A stretch of 64,000 nt of DNA, from assembly GCA_032718475.1 (NCBI GenBank), contig JAUCBJ010009115.1:41087-105086 (forward strand), written 5' to 3'. Origin of the DNA: Nemertoderma westbladi (lineage: Eukaryota; Animalia; Xenacoelomorpha). A model generated the notes under the pieces. The model worked only from the letters and a program-made list of their open reading frames with translations. It had not been told where the DNA came from and made no database searches. How positions within the stretch are numbered: the stretch's first letter is position 1; the number at the start of each line of letters is the position of its first letter. Positions 1 to 12,170 of the stretch are shown here, piece after piece. The position numbers were made by a program, and so were the translations under genes.

Positions 1-41
1 TTTGCAATATACGAAAATAACACAGGTATCTCAACCTAAGA

Positions 42-137
42 GGAGTGTTCTCAACCTAGGCTGATATAACTGGGGAGTGTTCTCAGCCTAGGCTGAGACG
101 ACTGAGGAGTGTTCTCAGCCTAGGTTGAGATGACTGG
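42..137. repeat. Short 32-bp tandem repeat (3 copies) with a palindromic core TCTCAGCCTAGGCTGAGA
   Basis: GAGTGTTCTC recurs at 43, 75 and 107. Positions 81-98 form a perfect 18-bp palindrome. Confidence 0.8.
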
Positions 138-477
138 GGGTGGGGAGTATTTCAAGAGGGAGTTATCTCAGCCTTGTGCACCGGGCAATTAAGGAAGAGT
201 AACAAATAAGTTAGTATATTCAGGATTACCAATTATTTAGAGTTCCATCTCCAGACTCCATACTTAGGTTGAATTTTCTACTGATCAATATTTTCACTGT
301 TTTCCGGGTGTTTTACTGTTTTACTAGTGTTTTCCTAATTCACTACCCCGCATAGGACTGGAAAAGAGGGAAAATTTAGGTTTTAACCATTATCTGAAAA
401 CGAAAAATATCATTCTCAGATAATAAATTGCATTCAAAGATTAAAGCCCCACCCCCCTCCCCACTGCGCTCAAAACT

Positions 478-796
478 GTTTTTACGGTCAGTTAACAATA
501 ATGTCGGTTAAATTGCACTGAGGAGCAATGATTGGCGGTTGAATTCCCGAGTTCGATTGTAATATTTGGTGAAATGTCTGTCGGTCTGTCGGTCTGTTTT
601 CTTACATCTTGATGGACACACAAGCAGACTTACGAACAGCGATAACTCGAAAACTAAAAGAACGAAAAGATTACTTAGCTTTTTTCAGATAATAATTCCT
701 CATTAAATTCTGCTCTAGATGAAATATAAAATAAGAATATGAAATTTTGGTTCGAGGTATGTTTTGTTTACCGACCCCCCCCCCCCCCCCCCCCAC
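478..796 (+). mobile_element. Possible DINE-1/Helentron-like (HINE) non-autonomous element fragment
   Basis: A T-run start, a GTCTGTCG-type microsatellite (~576-597) and then GATAACTCGAAAACT..., a layout typical of these elements. It ends near a poly-C run. Boundaries are uncertain and the call is from recall only. Confidence 0.3.
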
Positions 797-909
797 CCTT
801 AAGGTTTCATATTCATTATATCAACCCAACCTATAAATTATATATCCTTTTACATATAAAAATATTCAAATTTATTTTGCTATTTTTATTTATATAATTT
901 ATTATTTAG

Positions 910-1015
910 AGATGCTTCGGGGTTTTTCGACGCAGAGAAATCCCGACTGTTGATGGAAATGGACGAACTGAGAGAGCAGAAGAAAAAGTCGGATGGAAAC
1001 TTTCGGCTCATGCTG
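910..1015 (+). CDS. JAKMIP: Internal coding exon A of a JAKMIP-family coiled-coil protein (DASGFFDAEKSRLLMEMDELREQKKKSDGNFRLML)
   Basis: T-rich acceptor ending TTTAG at 908-909, open frame from 911, donor CTG|GTAAAT at 1016, phase 0 join to the next exon. Resembles the recalled JAKMIP1 segment FDGERLRLQQEILELKAAKKQAE. Confidence 0.8.
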
Positions 1016-4000
1016 GTAAATATTTTACCATAAATATAGAAGCTGGTAAATATTGTACCACAAATATATAAGCTGGTAAATATTGTACCATAAATATAGA
1101 AGCTGGTAAATATTGTACCACAAATATAGAAGATGGTAAATATTGTACCACAAATATATGAGCTGGTAAATATTGTACCACAAATATATAAGCTGGTACT
1201 TATTGTACCACAAATATATAAGCTGGTAAATATTGTACCACAAATATAGAAGCTGGTAAATATTGTACCACAAATATAGAAGCTGGTAATTATTGTACCA
1301 CAAATATAGAAGCTTCTAAATATTGTACCACAAATATATAAGCTGGTAAATATTGCACCACAAATATAGAAGCTGGTAAATATTGTACCACAAATATAGA
1401 AGCTTGTAAATATTGTACCACAAATATATAAGTTGGCAAATATTGTACCACAAATATAGAAGCTGGTAAATATTGTTCCACAAATATAGAAGTTGGTACT
1501 TATTGTACCACAAATATATAAGCTGGTACTTATTGTACCACAAATATAGAAGCTGGTAAATATTGTACCACAAATACAGAAGCTGGTAAATATTGCACCA
1601 CAAATATAGAAGCCGTTAAATATTGTACCACAAATATAGAAGCTGGTAAATATTGTACCACAAATATAGAAGCTGGTAAATATTGAACCACAAATATAGA
1701 AGCTGGTAATTATTGTACCACAAATATAGAAGCTTCTAAATATTGTACCACAAATATATAAGCTGGTAAATATTGCACCACAAATATAGAAGCTGGTAAA
1801 TATTGCACCACAAATATAGAAGCTGGTTAATATTGCACCACAAATATATAAGCTGGTAAATATTGTACCACAAATATAGAAGCTGGTAAATATTGTACCA
1901 CAAATATAGAAGCTTGTAAATATTGTACCACAAATATATAAGTTGGCAAATATTGTACCACAAATATAGAAGCTGGTAAATATTGCACCACAAAAAATAT
2001 ATAAGCTGGTAAATATTGCACCACAAATATATAAGCTGGTAAATATTGTACCACAAAAATAAAAGCTGGTAAATATTGTACCACAAATATAGAAGCTGGT
2101 AAATATTGTACCACAAATATAGAAGCTGGTAAATATTGTACCACAAATATATAAGCTGGTAAAAATTGTACCACAAATATAGAAGCTGGTAAATATTGTA
2201 CCACAAATATAGAAGCTGGTAAATATTGAACCACAAATAAAGAAGCTGGTAATTATTGTACCACAAATATAGAAGCTTCTAAATATTGTACCACAAATAT
2301 ATAAGCTGGTAAATATTGCACCACAAATATAGAAGCTGGTAAATATTGTACCACAAATATAGAAGCTTGTAAATATTGTACCACAAATATAGAAGCTGGT
2401 AAATATTGTACCACAAATATATAAGCTGGTAAATATTGTACCACAAATATATAAACTGTTAAATATTGTACCACAAATATAGAAGCTGGTAAATATTACA
2501 CCACAAATATAGAAGCTGGTAAATATTGCACCACAAATATAGAAGCTGGTTAATATTGCACCACAAATATATAAGCTGGTAAATATTGTACCACAAATAT
2601 AGAAGCTGGTAAATATTGTACCACAAATATAGAAGCTTGTAAATATTGTACCACAAATATATAAGTTGGCAAATATTGTACCACAAATATAGAAGCTGGT
2701 AAATATTGCACCACAAAAAATATATAAGCTGGTAAATATTGCACCACAAATATATAAGCTGGTAAATATTGTACCACAAAAATAAAAGCTGGTAAATATT
2801 GTACCACAAATATAGAAGCTGGTAAATATTGTACCACAAATATAGAAGCTGGTAAATATTGTACCACAAATATATAAGCTGGTAAAAATTGTACCACAAA
2901 TATATAAGCTGGTAAAAATTGTACCACAAATATATAAGCTGTTAAATATTGCACCACAAATATATAAGCTGGTAAATATTGTACCACAAATATATAAGCT
3001 GGTAAATATTGCACCACAAATATAGAAGCTGGTAAATATTGTACCACAAATATAAAAGCTGGAAAATATTGTACCACAAATATAGAAGCTGGTAAATATT
3101 GCACCACAAATATAAAAGATGGTAAATATTGTACCACAAATATAGAAGCTGGTAAATATTGTACCACAAATATATAAGCTGGTAAATATTGTACCACAAA
3201 TATAGAAGCTGGTAAATATTGTACCACAAATATATAAGCTGTTAAATCTTGCACCACAAATATATAAGCTGGTAAATATTGTACCACAAATATAAAAGCT
3301 GGTAAATATTGCACCACAAATATAGAAGCTGGTAAATATTGCACCACAAATATAAAAGATGGTAAATATTGTACCACAAATATAGAAGCTGGTAAATATT
3401 GTACCACAAATATATAAGTTGGTAAATATTGTACCACAAATATAGAAGCTGGTAAATATTGCACCACAAAAATTATATAAGCTGGTAAATATTGCACCAC
3501 AAATATATAAGCTGGTAAATATTGTACCACAAATATAAAAGCTGGTAAATATTGTACCACAAATATAGAAGCTGGTAAATATTGTACCACAAATATAAAA
3601 GTTGGTAAATATTGTACCACAAATATAAAAGCTGGAAAATATTGTACCACAAATATAGAAGCTGGTAAATATTGCACCACAAATATAAAAGATTGTAAAT
3701 ATTGTACCACAAATATAGAAGCTGGTAAATATTGTACCACAAATATATAAGCTGGTAAATATTGCACCACAAATATAGAAGCTGGTAAATATTGCACCAC
3801 AAATATAGAAGCTGGTAAATATTGCACCACAAATATAGAAGCTGGTAAATATTGCACCACAAATATAGAAGCTGGTAAATATTGCACCACAAATATATAA
3901 GCTGGTAAATATTTCACCACAAATATATAAGCTAGTAAATATTGCACCACAAATATATAAGCTGGTAAATATTGTACCACAAATATAGAAGTTTGTAAAT

Positions 4001-7000
4001 ATTGCACCACAAATATAGAAGCTGGTAAATATTGCACCACAAATATAGAAGCTGGTAAATATTGCACCACAAATATATAAGCTGGTAAATATTGCACCAC
4101 AAATATATAAGCTGGTAAATATTGCACCACAAATATATAAGCTGGTAAATATTGTACCACAAATATAGAAGCTTGTAAATATTGCACCACAAATATAGAA
4201 GCTGGTAAATATTGCACCACAAATATAGAAGCTGGTAAATATTGCACCACAAATATATAAGCTGGTTAATATTGTACCACAAATATAGAAGCTTGTAAAT
4301 ATTGCACCACAAATATAGAAGCTGGTAAATATTGCACCACAAATATAGAAGATGGTACTTATTGCACCACAAATATATAAGCTGGTAAATATTGCACCAC
4401 AAATATAGAACATGGTACTTATTGCACCACAAATATATAAGCTGGTAAATATTGCACCACAAATATAGAAGCTGGTAAATATTGTACCACAAATATATAA
4501 GCTGGTTAATATTGTACCACAAATATAGAAGCTGGTAAATATTGTACCACAATTATATAAGCTGCTAAATATTGTACCACAAATATATAAGCTGGTAAAT
4601 ATTGTACCACAAATATAGAAGCTGGTAAATATTGTACCACAAATATAGAAGCTGGTAAATATTGCACCACAAATATAGAAGATGGTACTTATTGCACCAC
4701 AAATATATAAGCTGGTAAATATTGCACCACAAATATAGAAGATGGTACTTATTGCACTACAAATATAGAAGTTGGTAAATATTGTACCACAAATATAGAA
4801 GCTGGTAAATATTGTACCACAAATATAGAAGCTGGTAAATATTGCACCACAAATATAGAAGATGGTACTTATTGCACTACAAATATAGAAGTTGGTAAAT
4901 ATTGCACCACAAATATAGAAGATGGTACTTATTGCACTACAAATATAGAAGTTGGTAAATATTGTACCACAAATATAGAAGCTGGTAAATATTGTACCAC
5001 AAATATAGAAGCTGGTAAATATTGCACCACAAATATAGAAGATGGTACGTATTGCACCACAAATATAGAAATTGGTAAATATTGTACTACAAATATAGAA
5101 GCTGGTACTTATTGTACCATACATATATAAGCTGGTAAATATTGTACCACAAATATAGAAGCTGGTAAATATTGCACCACAAATATATAAGCTGCTAAAT
5201 ATTGTACCACAAATATATAAGCTGGTAAATATTGCACTACAAATATATAAGCTGGTACTTATTGTACCACAAATATAGAAGCTGGTAAATATTGTACCAC
5301 AAATATAGAAGCTGGTAAATATTGTACCACAAATATAAAAGCTGGTAAATATTGCACCACAAATATAGAAGCTGGTAAATATTGTACCACAAATATATAA
5401 GCTGCTAAATATTGTACCACAAATATATAAGCTGGTAAATATTGCACCACAAATATAGAAGCTGGTACTTATTGTACCACAAATATAGAAGCTGGTAAAT
5501 ATTGTACCACAATATAGAAGCTGGTAAATATTGTACCACAAATATAGAAGCTGGTAAATATTGCACCACAAATATAGAAGATGGTACTTATTGCACCACA
5601 AATATAGAAGTTGGTAAATATTGTACCACAAATATAGAAGCTGGTAAATATTGTACCACAAATATAGAAGCTGGTAAATATTGCACCACAAAACAGAAGA
5701 TGGTACTTATTGCACCACAAATATAGAAGTTGGTAAATATTGTACCACAAATATAGAAGCTGGTAAATATTGTACCACAAATATAGAAGCTGGTAAATAT
5801 TGTACCACAAATATAGAAGCTGGTAAATATTGTACCACAAATATAGAAGCTGGTAAATATTGCACCACAAATATAGAAGATGGTACTTATTGCACCACAA
5901 ATATAGAAGTTGGTAAATATTGTACCACAAATATAGAAGCTGGTAAATATTGTACCACATTATAGAAGCTGGTAAATATTGCACCACAAAATAGAAGATG
6001 GTACTTATTGCACCACAAATATAGAAGATGGTACTTATTGCACCACAAATATAGAAGCTGGTAAATATTGCACCACAAATATAGAAGATGGTACTTATTG
6101 CACCACAAATATAGAAGTTGGTAAATATTGTACCACAAATATAGAAGCTGGTAAATATTGTACCACAAATATAGAGGCTGGTAAATATTGTACCACAAAT
6201 ATAGAAGCTGGTAAATATTGCACCACAAATATAGAAGATGGTACTTATTGCACCACAAATATAGAAGTTGGAAAATATTGTACCACAAATATAGAAGCTG
6301 TTAAATATTGTACCACAGATATAGAAGCTGGTAAATATTGCACCACAAAATAGAAGATGGTACTTATTGCACCACAAATATAGAAGTTGGTAAATATTGT
6401 ACCACAAATATATAAGCTGGTACTTATTGTACCACAAATATATAAGCTGGTAAATATTGTACCACAAATATAGAAGCTGGTAAATATTGCACCACAAATG
6501 AAAAAGCTGGTAAATATTGCACCACAAATATAGAAGCTGGTAAATATTACACCACAAATATAGAAGCTGCTAAATATTGTACCACAAATATATAAGCTGG
6601 TAAATATTGCACCACAAATATATAAGCTGGTAAATATTGTACCACAAATATAGAAGCTGGTAAATATTGTACCACAAATATAGAAGCTGGTAAAAATTGT
6701 ACCGCAAATATAGAAGCTGGTAGATATTGCACCACAAAATAGAAGATGGTACTTATTGCACCACAAATATAGAAGATGGTACTTATTGCACCACAAATAT
6801 AGAAGCTGGTAAATATTGTACCACAAATATATAAGCTGGTAAATATTGTACCACAAATACAGAAGCTGGTAAATATTGTACCACAAATATAGAAGCTGGT
6901 AAATATTGCACCACAAATGAAAAAGCTGGTAAATATTGCACCACAAATATAGAAGCTGGTAAATATTGTACCACAAATATAGAAGCTGGTAAATATTGTA

Positions 7001-9256
7001 CCACAGATATAGAAGCTGGTAAATATTGTACAACAAATATAGAAGCTGGTAAATATTGTACCACAAATATAGAAGCTGGTAAATATTGCACCACAAATGA
7101 AAAAGCTGGTAAATATTGCACCACAAATATAGAAGATGGTACTTATTGCACCACAAATATAGAAGCTGGTAAATATTGTACCACAAATATATAAGCTGGT
7201 AAATATTGTACCACAAATATAGAAGCTGGTAAATATTGTACCACAAATATAGAAGCTTGTAAATATTGTACCACAAATATAGAAGCTGGTAAATATTGCA
7301 CCACAAATATAGAAGATGGTACTTATTGCACCACAAATATAGAAGTTGGTAAATATTGCACCACAAATATAGAAGCTGGTAAATATTGTACCACAAATAT
7401 AGAAGCTGGTAAATATTGCACCTCAAAATAGAAGATGGTTCTTATTGCACCACAAATATAGAAGTTGGTAAATATTGTACCACAAATATATAAGCTGGTA
7501 CTTATTGTACCACAAATATATAAGCTGGTAAATATTGTACCACAAATATAGAAGCTGGTAAATATTGCACCACAAATGAAAAAGCTGGTAAATATTGCAC
7601 CACAAATATAGAAGCTGGTAAATATTACACCACAAATATAGAAGCTGCTAAATATTGTACCACAAATATATAAGCTGGTAAATATTGCACCACAAATATA
7701 TAAGCTGGTAAATATTGTACCACAAATATAGAAGCTGGTAAATATTGTACCACAAATATAGAAGCTGGTAAAAATTGTACCACAAATATAGAAGCTGGTA
7801 GATATTGTACCACAAATATAGAAGCTGGTAAATATTGTACCACAAATATAGAAGCTGGTAAATATTGCACCACAAATGAAAAAGCTGGTAAATATTGCAC
7901 CACAAATATACAAGCTGGTAAATATTGTACCACAAATATAGAAGCTGGTAAATATTGTACCACAAATATATAAGCTGGTAAATATTGCACCACAAATATA
8001 TAAGCTGGTAAATATTGTACCACAAATATAGAAGCTGGTAAATATTGTACCACAAATATAGAAGCTGTTAAAAATTTGGACCACAAATATAGAAGCTGGT
8101 AGATATTGCACCACAAAATAGAAGATGGTACTTATTGCACCACAAATATAGAAGATGGTACTTATTGCACCACAAATATAGAAGATGGTACTTATTGCAC
8201 CACAAATATAGAAGCTGGTAAATATTGTACCACAAATATATAAGCTGGTAAATATTGTACCACAAATATAGAAGCTGGTAAAAATTGTACCACAAATATA
8301 GAAGCTGGTAGATATTGCACCACAAAATAGAAGATGGTACTTATTGCACCACAAATATAGAAGATGGTACTTATTGCACCACAAATATAGAAGTTGGTAA
8401 ATATTGTACCACAAATATAGAAGCTGGTAAATATTGTACCACAAATATAGAAGCTGGTAAATATTGTACCACAAATATAGAAGCTGGTAAATATTGTACC
8501 ACAAATATAGAAGATGGTACTTATTGCACCACAAATATAGAAGTTGGTAAATATTGTTCCACAAATATAGAAGCTGGTAAATATTGTACCACAGATATAG
8601 AAGCTGGTAAATATTGCACCACAAAATAGAAGATGGTACTTATTGCACCACAAATATAGAAGTTGGTAAATATTGTACCACAAATATATAAGCTGGTACT
8701 TATTGTACCACAAATATATAAGCTGGTAAATATTGTACCACAAATATAGAAGCTGGTAAATATTGTACCACAAATATATAAGCTGGTAAATATTGCACCA
8801 CAAATATATAAGCTGGTAAATATTGCACCACAAATATATAAGCTGGTAAATATTGTACCACAAATATAGAAGCTGGTAAATATTGTACCACAAATATAGA
8901 AGCTGGTAAAAATTGTACCACAAATATAGAAGCTGGTAGATATTGCCCCACAAATATAGAAGCCGGTAAATATTGCACCACAAATATAGAAGCTGGTAAA
9001 TATTGCACCACAAATATAGAAGCTGGTAAAAATTTACCACAAATATAGAAGCCGGTAAATATTGCACAACAAATATAGAAGCCAGTAAATATTGCACCAC
9101 AAATATAGAAGCTGGTAAATATTGCACCACAAATATAGAAGCTGGTAAAAATTGTACCACAAATATAGAAGCTGGTAAAAATTGTACCACAAATATAGAA
9201 GCCGGTAAATATTGCACCACAAATATAGAAGCCGGTAAATATTGCACCATATAGAA
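1012..9256 (+). repeat. 30-bp minisatellite, ~275 units, consensus GCTG|GTAAATATTGYACCACAAATATAKAA; unit spans the exon A donor site
   Basis: The 30-nt period is directly visible. The first unit starts at the exon's last 4 nt (1012-1015) and the array fills nearly all of intron 1016-9330. Confidence 0.98.
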
Positions 9257-9330
9257 TACATATACATATAAAATATTTACTTATACATTACAAATTTACT
9301 TATACATTAAACTACAAAATTATCTTACAG

Positions 9331-9435
9331 CAAGCCAACAAAGAGAAAACCGAAGAGATACGAACCATGATGAAAGACCACAAAAAGGAACTGGAAAGAT
9401 TGAAAAAATCCGCGGAATTGGATGTTAGAAAGTTG
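9331..9435 (+). CDS. JAKMIP: Coding exon B (QANKEKTEEIRTMMKDHKKELERLKKSAELDVRKL)
   Basis: Acceptor TCTTACAG (AG 9329-9330), 35 open codons, donor TTG|GTGAGT, phase 0/0. Resembles recalled JAKMIP QADKTKAADLR...HQDEVHRIKRECERDIRRL. Confidence 0.88.
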
Positions 9436-9560
9436 GTGAGTTCAGTTCAATAGGAACAAAATTCTCAACGTTTATTTATACTGTATAAACACTAACTGTA
9501 CATGTAAATTGATTGTTGTTTATGTATCACAGCAATTAAAAAACTATTTATAAATTTCAG

Positions 9561-9836
9561 ATCGATGAAATGAGAGAGAAAGACAAGTACATAACGTTCT
9601 TGGAGAAAGAACTGGGAAAACATTCCAACGACTTTCTGTTTCTCTTAAATCAACGGGATTCCGGGAAGAAATCTTTCAATTCCTTCCTGGACGCGCTGAC
9701 CAACCGGAGTAGAAGTCGATCGGTGCAGCGAGCGCCCCGGAGTATGAGCAGAAGTCCGGGGAGGTTCGGGATCGGGAACTTTCCGAGTCCGGTTCGGTTC
9801 GGTAGCAAACCTAGTCGGTCGTTGAGTCGGACGAAG
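9561..9836 (+). CDS. JAKMIP: Coding exon C (IDEMREKDKYITFLEKELGKHS... followed by an R/S/P-rich segment)
   Basis: Acceptor TTTCAG (AG 9559-9560), 92 open codons matching track ORF 9570-9905, donor AAG|GTGAGT at 9837. Resembles recalled JAKMIP MDEIKGKDRVILALEKELG. Confidence 0.88.
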
Positions 9837-9945
9837 GTGAGTCGGTTACCATGGCAGCATAGAAAGTATGAAAGGTACAAACGCGATAAAACAAGTTGTA
9901 TTTAGAAATCAGATGGTGAATTCCGAGTAATAAATTATTTTACAG

Positions 9946-10065
9946 ACCTATTCTTATGATGACGACAAATCGCGACGCGTTCAGAACAAAATGGCGGAAC
10001 TTAAAGTGAATAACTACAGATTGGAAGCAGCCAATCAGGATCTTCGAGACTACATTAACCAATTA
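9946..10065 (+). CDS. JAKMIP: Coding exon D (TYSYDDDKSRRVQNKMAELKVNNYRLEAANQDLRDYINQL)
   Basis: Acceptor TTTTACAG (AG 9944-9945), 40 open codons, donor TTA|GTAAGT. Resembles recalled JAKMIP [36 protein letters not shown]. Confidence 0.88.
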
Positions 10066-10083
10066 GTAAGTAAATATGGAATA

Positions 10084-10430
10084 TCTAATCTAATATATAT
10101 AAATCTGCTCAGTTTGTATGTAAATTTGTATGTAAATTTGTATGTATGTATGTCCATCGATACACGTCGTCAGATTTCGCTCTCACTACTTGCTTTGTGG
10201 CTCATTCGATGCGTATTAACACGATGCAGACAGCTGTCACTGTCTCCGGGTTTTATTTTACACGTTTGTTTGCGTGAATGCGTATTTTGTGTTCGTTTGG
10301 ACGAAATTTATCGAATTATTTCGGTTCTTCAATCGGTAATAAACTATTTAGGAGAGTAACATAAATATGACATATGAATATAATAAATATGACATATTCA
10401 CCAAGCACGATCGAATTGGCCTATTGTTAG
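10084..10430 (+). mobile_element. Putative short non-autonomous Helitron-like element
   Basis: Starts A|TCTAATCTAATATATATAAA, the same 5' end as the element at 10694. It contains a TGTA microsatellite and ends with a weak hairpin (CCAA...TTGG) then TTAG|T. The 3' end is uncertain. Confidence 0.4.
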
Positions 10431-10693
10431 TGAATAGGGAAGGATTTTTTCTGTATCATAGCAACGTTAAGGTAATTATTGAACTCGCAGCTAGCTGGTC
10501 ACAGATAAGGAGCAAGCCAGGCTGGAGTGTTGATTAGGGTGGGTTGTCTGTGCGAACTGTCCAAGAGTAATTCTGCTTTCTCTATCAATGGCTGCATGGA
10601 AGGAGAGGTTTATAACAGTTTAGCTATTTTATTGTTTTACTGTAGTAAAGTGATTATTTCTGTAGGCCTTCTTACTGTATTATTATTATTTTA

Positions 10694-11977
10694 TCTAATC
10701 TAATATACCGGTATATAAAAATCAATTGTCTGTGTGTCTGTTTGTCATCGGCTATACAATCGAACCATCTCGATGAAATCTCGCTTGCTATAGCTCGTTA
10801 GAAAGGTCTCCCCCTAACTCGTTGCAACGTAATATTCAGAGCCGTATGAAGTTCCGCCATCTGCCGCTAGAGGGTGAATTGCCTTAAGTGAAAATCTTCT
10901 CTAACTTTGTTATTTACAATCCGTTTAAGATAAAACTTTGCAGGTGTCTAATTTAGCCAACACTGCATTTTTACAGAGACGCAGATAAATCTGCATTTCT
11001 CCAATCTGCCGCTAGAGGGTGAAATCACTGAAAGTGACCACCTTCTCCAACTTCGTTATTTACAATCCGTTTAGACTGGTACTTGGTAGGCCTATATTAC
11101 AGCTATATCTTTATGGAGTCTTAGAGTCGTATACGGTTCCCCTGTCTGCCGCTAGAGGGCGAATTGTCTGATAGTGAAAACCTGATCTCATTTCGTTGTT
11201 TTTAATTCTATTCAGCTGAAACTTGGTAGGTATCTACTACAGCATAGGCTCAATCTTTACGGAGTCGCTGAGTCGTCTATAATTCCCCAGTCTTCAGCTA
11301 GAGGGCGAAATGTCTGAAAGTGAACATCTTCTCCAACTTTGTTATTTACTGTCCGTTTAGACTGAAACTTGGTAGGCATCTATTACAGCATAGGCTATAA
11401 CTTTATGGAGTCTTAAGAGTCGTCTACAGATCCCCGTCTACCGCTAGAGGGCGAATTGTCTGGTAGTGAAACCTGATCTCATTTGGTTGTTTTTAATCCT
11501 TTTCAGCTGAAACTTGGTAGGTATCTACTACAGCATAGGCTCAATCTTTCCGGAGTCGCTGAGTCGTCTCTAGTTCCCCAGTCTGCAGCTAGAGGGCGAA
11601 ATGTCTCAAAGTGAACATTTTCTCGAAATTTTGTTATTTACATCTGTTTAAGCTGAAAACTGACAAGCAGGCATATTACTTCACTTTACCATAAACTCCA
11701 TCTTTACACAACTGCAGCGCCATCTGCATTTCAAGCAGTCTGCAGGTAGAGGGTAAAATGTCCGAAAGTGATCATTTTCTCGAAATTAGGTTATATACTA
11801 TAAGCCGAAGCTAAAGTTGAAACTTGACAGTTATCTCCTATGGGGTGGTGTTTTATTTTATGATGGTGTCTGTTTTGTTGTAGTTCTCCAATCTGCGACA
11901 CATTTCTCCACACATATTCATATATCCTCTGCACGTGCACTAGAAAGCTGTGGCCCGAAGGGCCACAGGCTTTTTAG
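10694..11977 (+). mobile_element. Non-autonomous Helitron-like element with internal ~146-bp tandem repeats
   Basis: 5' A|TC start and TGTC-type microsatellite. A perfect GC-rich hairpin CTGTGGCCC-GAA-GGGCCACAG (11948-11968) lies 5 nt before a TTAG|T end (canonical end is CTRR). No target-site duplication is seen. Confidence 0.65.
10855..11830 (+). repeat. Diverged ~146-bp tandem repeat, about 7 copies, partly alternating A/B types
   Basis: A motif close to CTGCCGCTAGAGGGYGAA recurs at ~10861, 11006, 11146, 11292, 11438, 11583 and 11740. Confidence 0.85.
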
Positions 11978-12170
11978 TTTATATAATAAATTTATAAAAA
12001 CTAGAATTTAAACAGAACCATTAAGTATAATTGAGCCGAAATTACTGTAAGCCTATATTTAATTAACCACAGATAATGATATGATAATATGATAATTTGA
12101 TAATTCGAAATTGCATTTTAAGAACGTAAAACGAAAAATGTAAATAAATATAATTATGAATAATTGGAAA

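Noticed and set aside
1036-9240. Array of 6-nt microexons (TAG|AAGCTG|GT) in the 30-bp units, or recursive splice sites in the 45-bp units
   Set aside because: The AGs have A-rich upstream sequence with no pyrimidine tract, the spacing is below minimal intron size and there is no AG|GT juxtaposition.
886-9267. ORFs in the 30-bp array (ICGTIFTSFY, YLWYNIYQLL and EAGKYCTTNI repeats)
   Set aside because: They are translations of a 10-codon unit, occur in several frames at once and are broken by frequent 1-nt indels.
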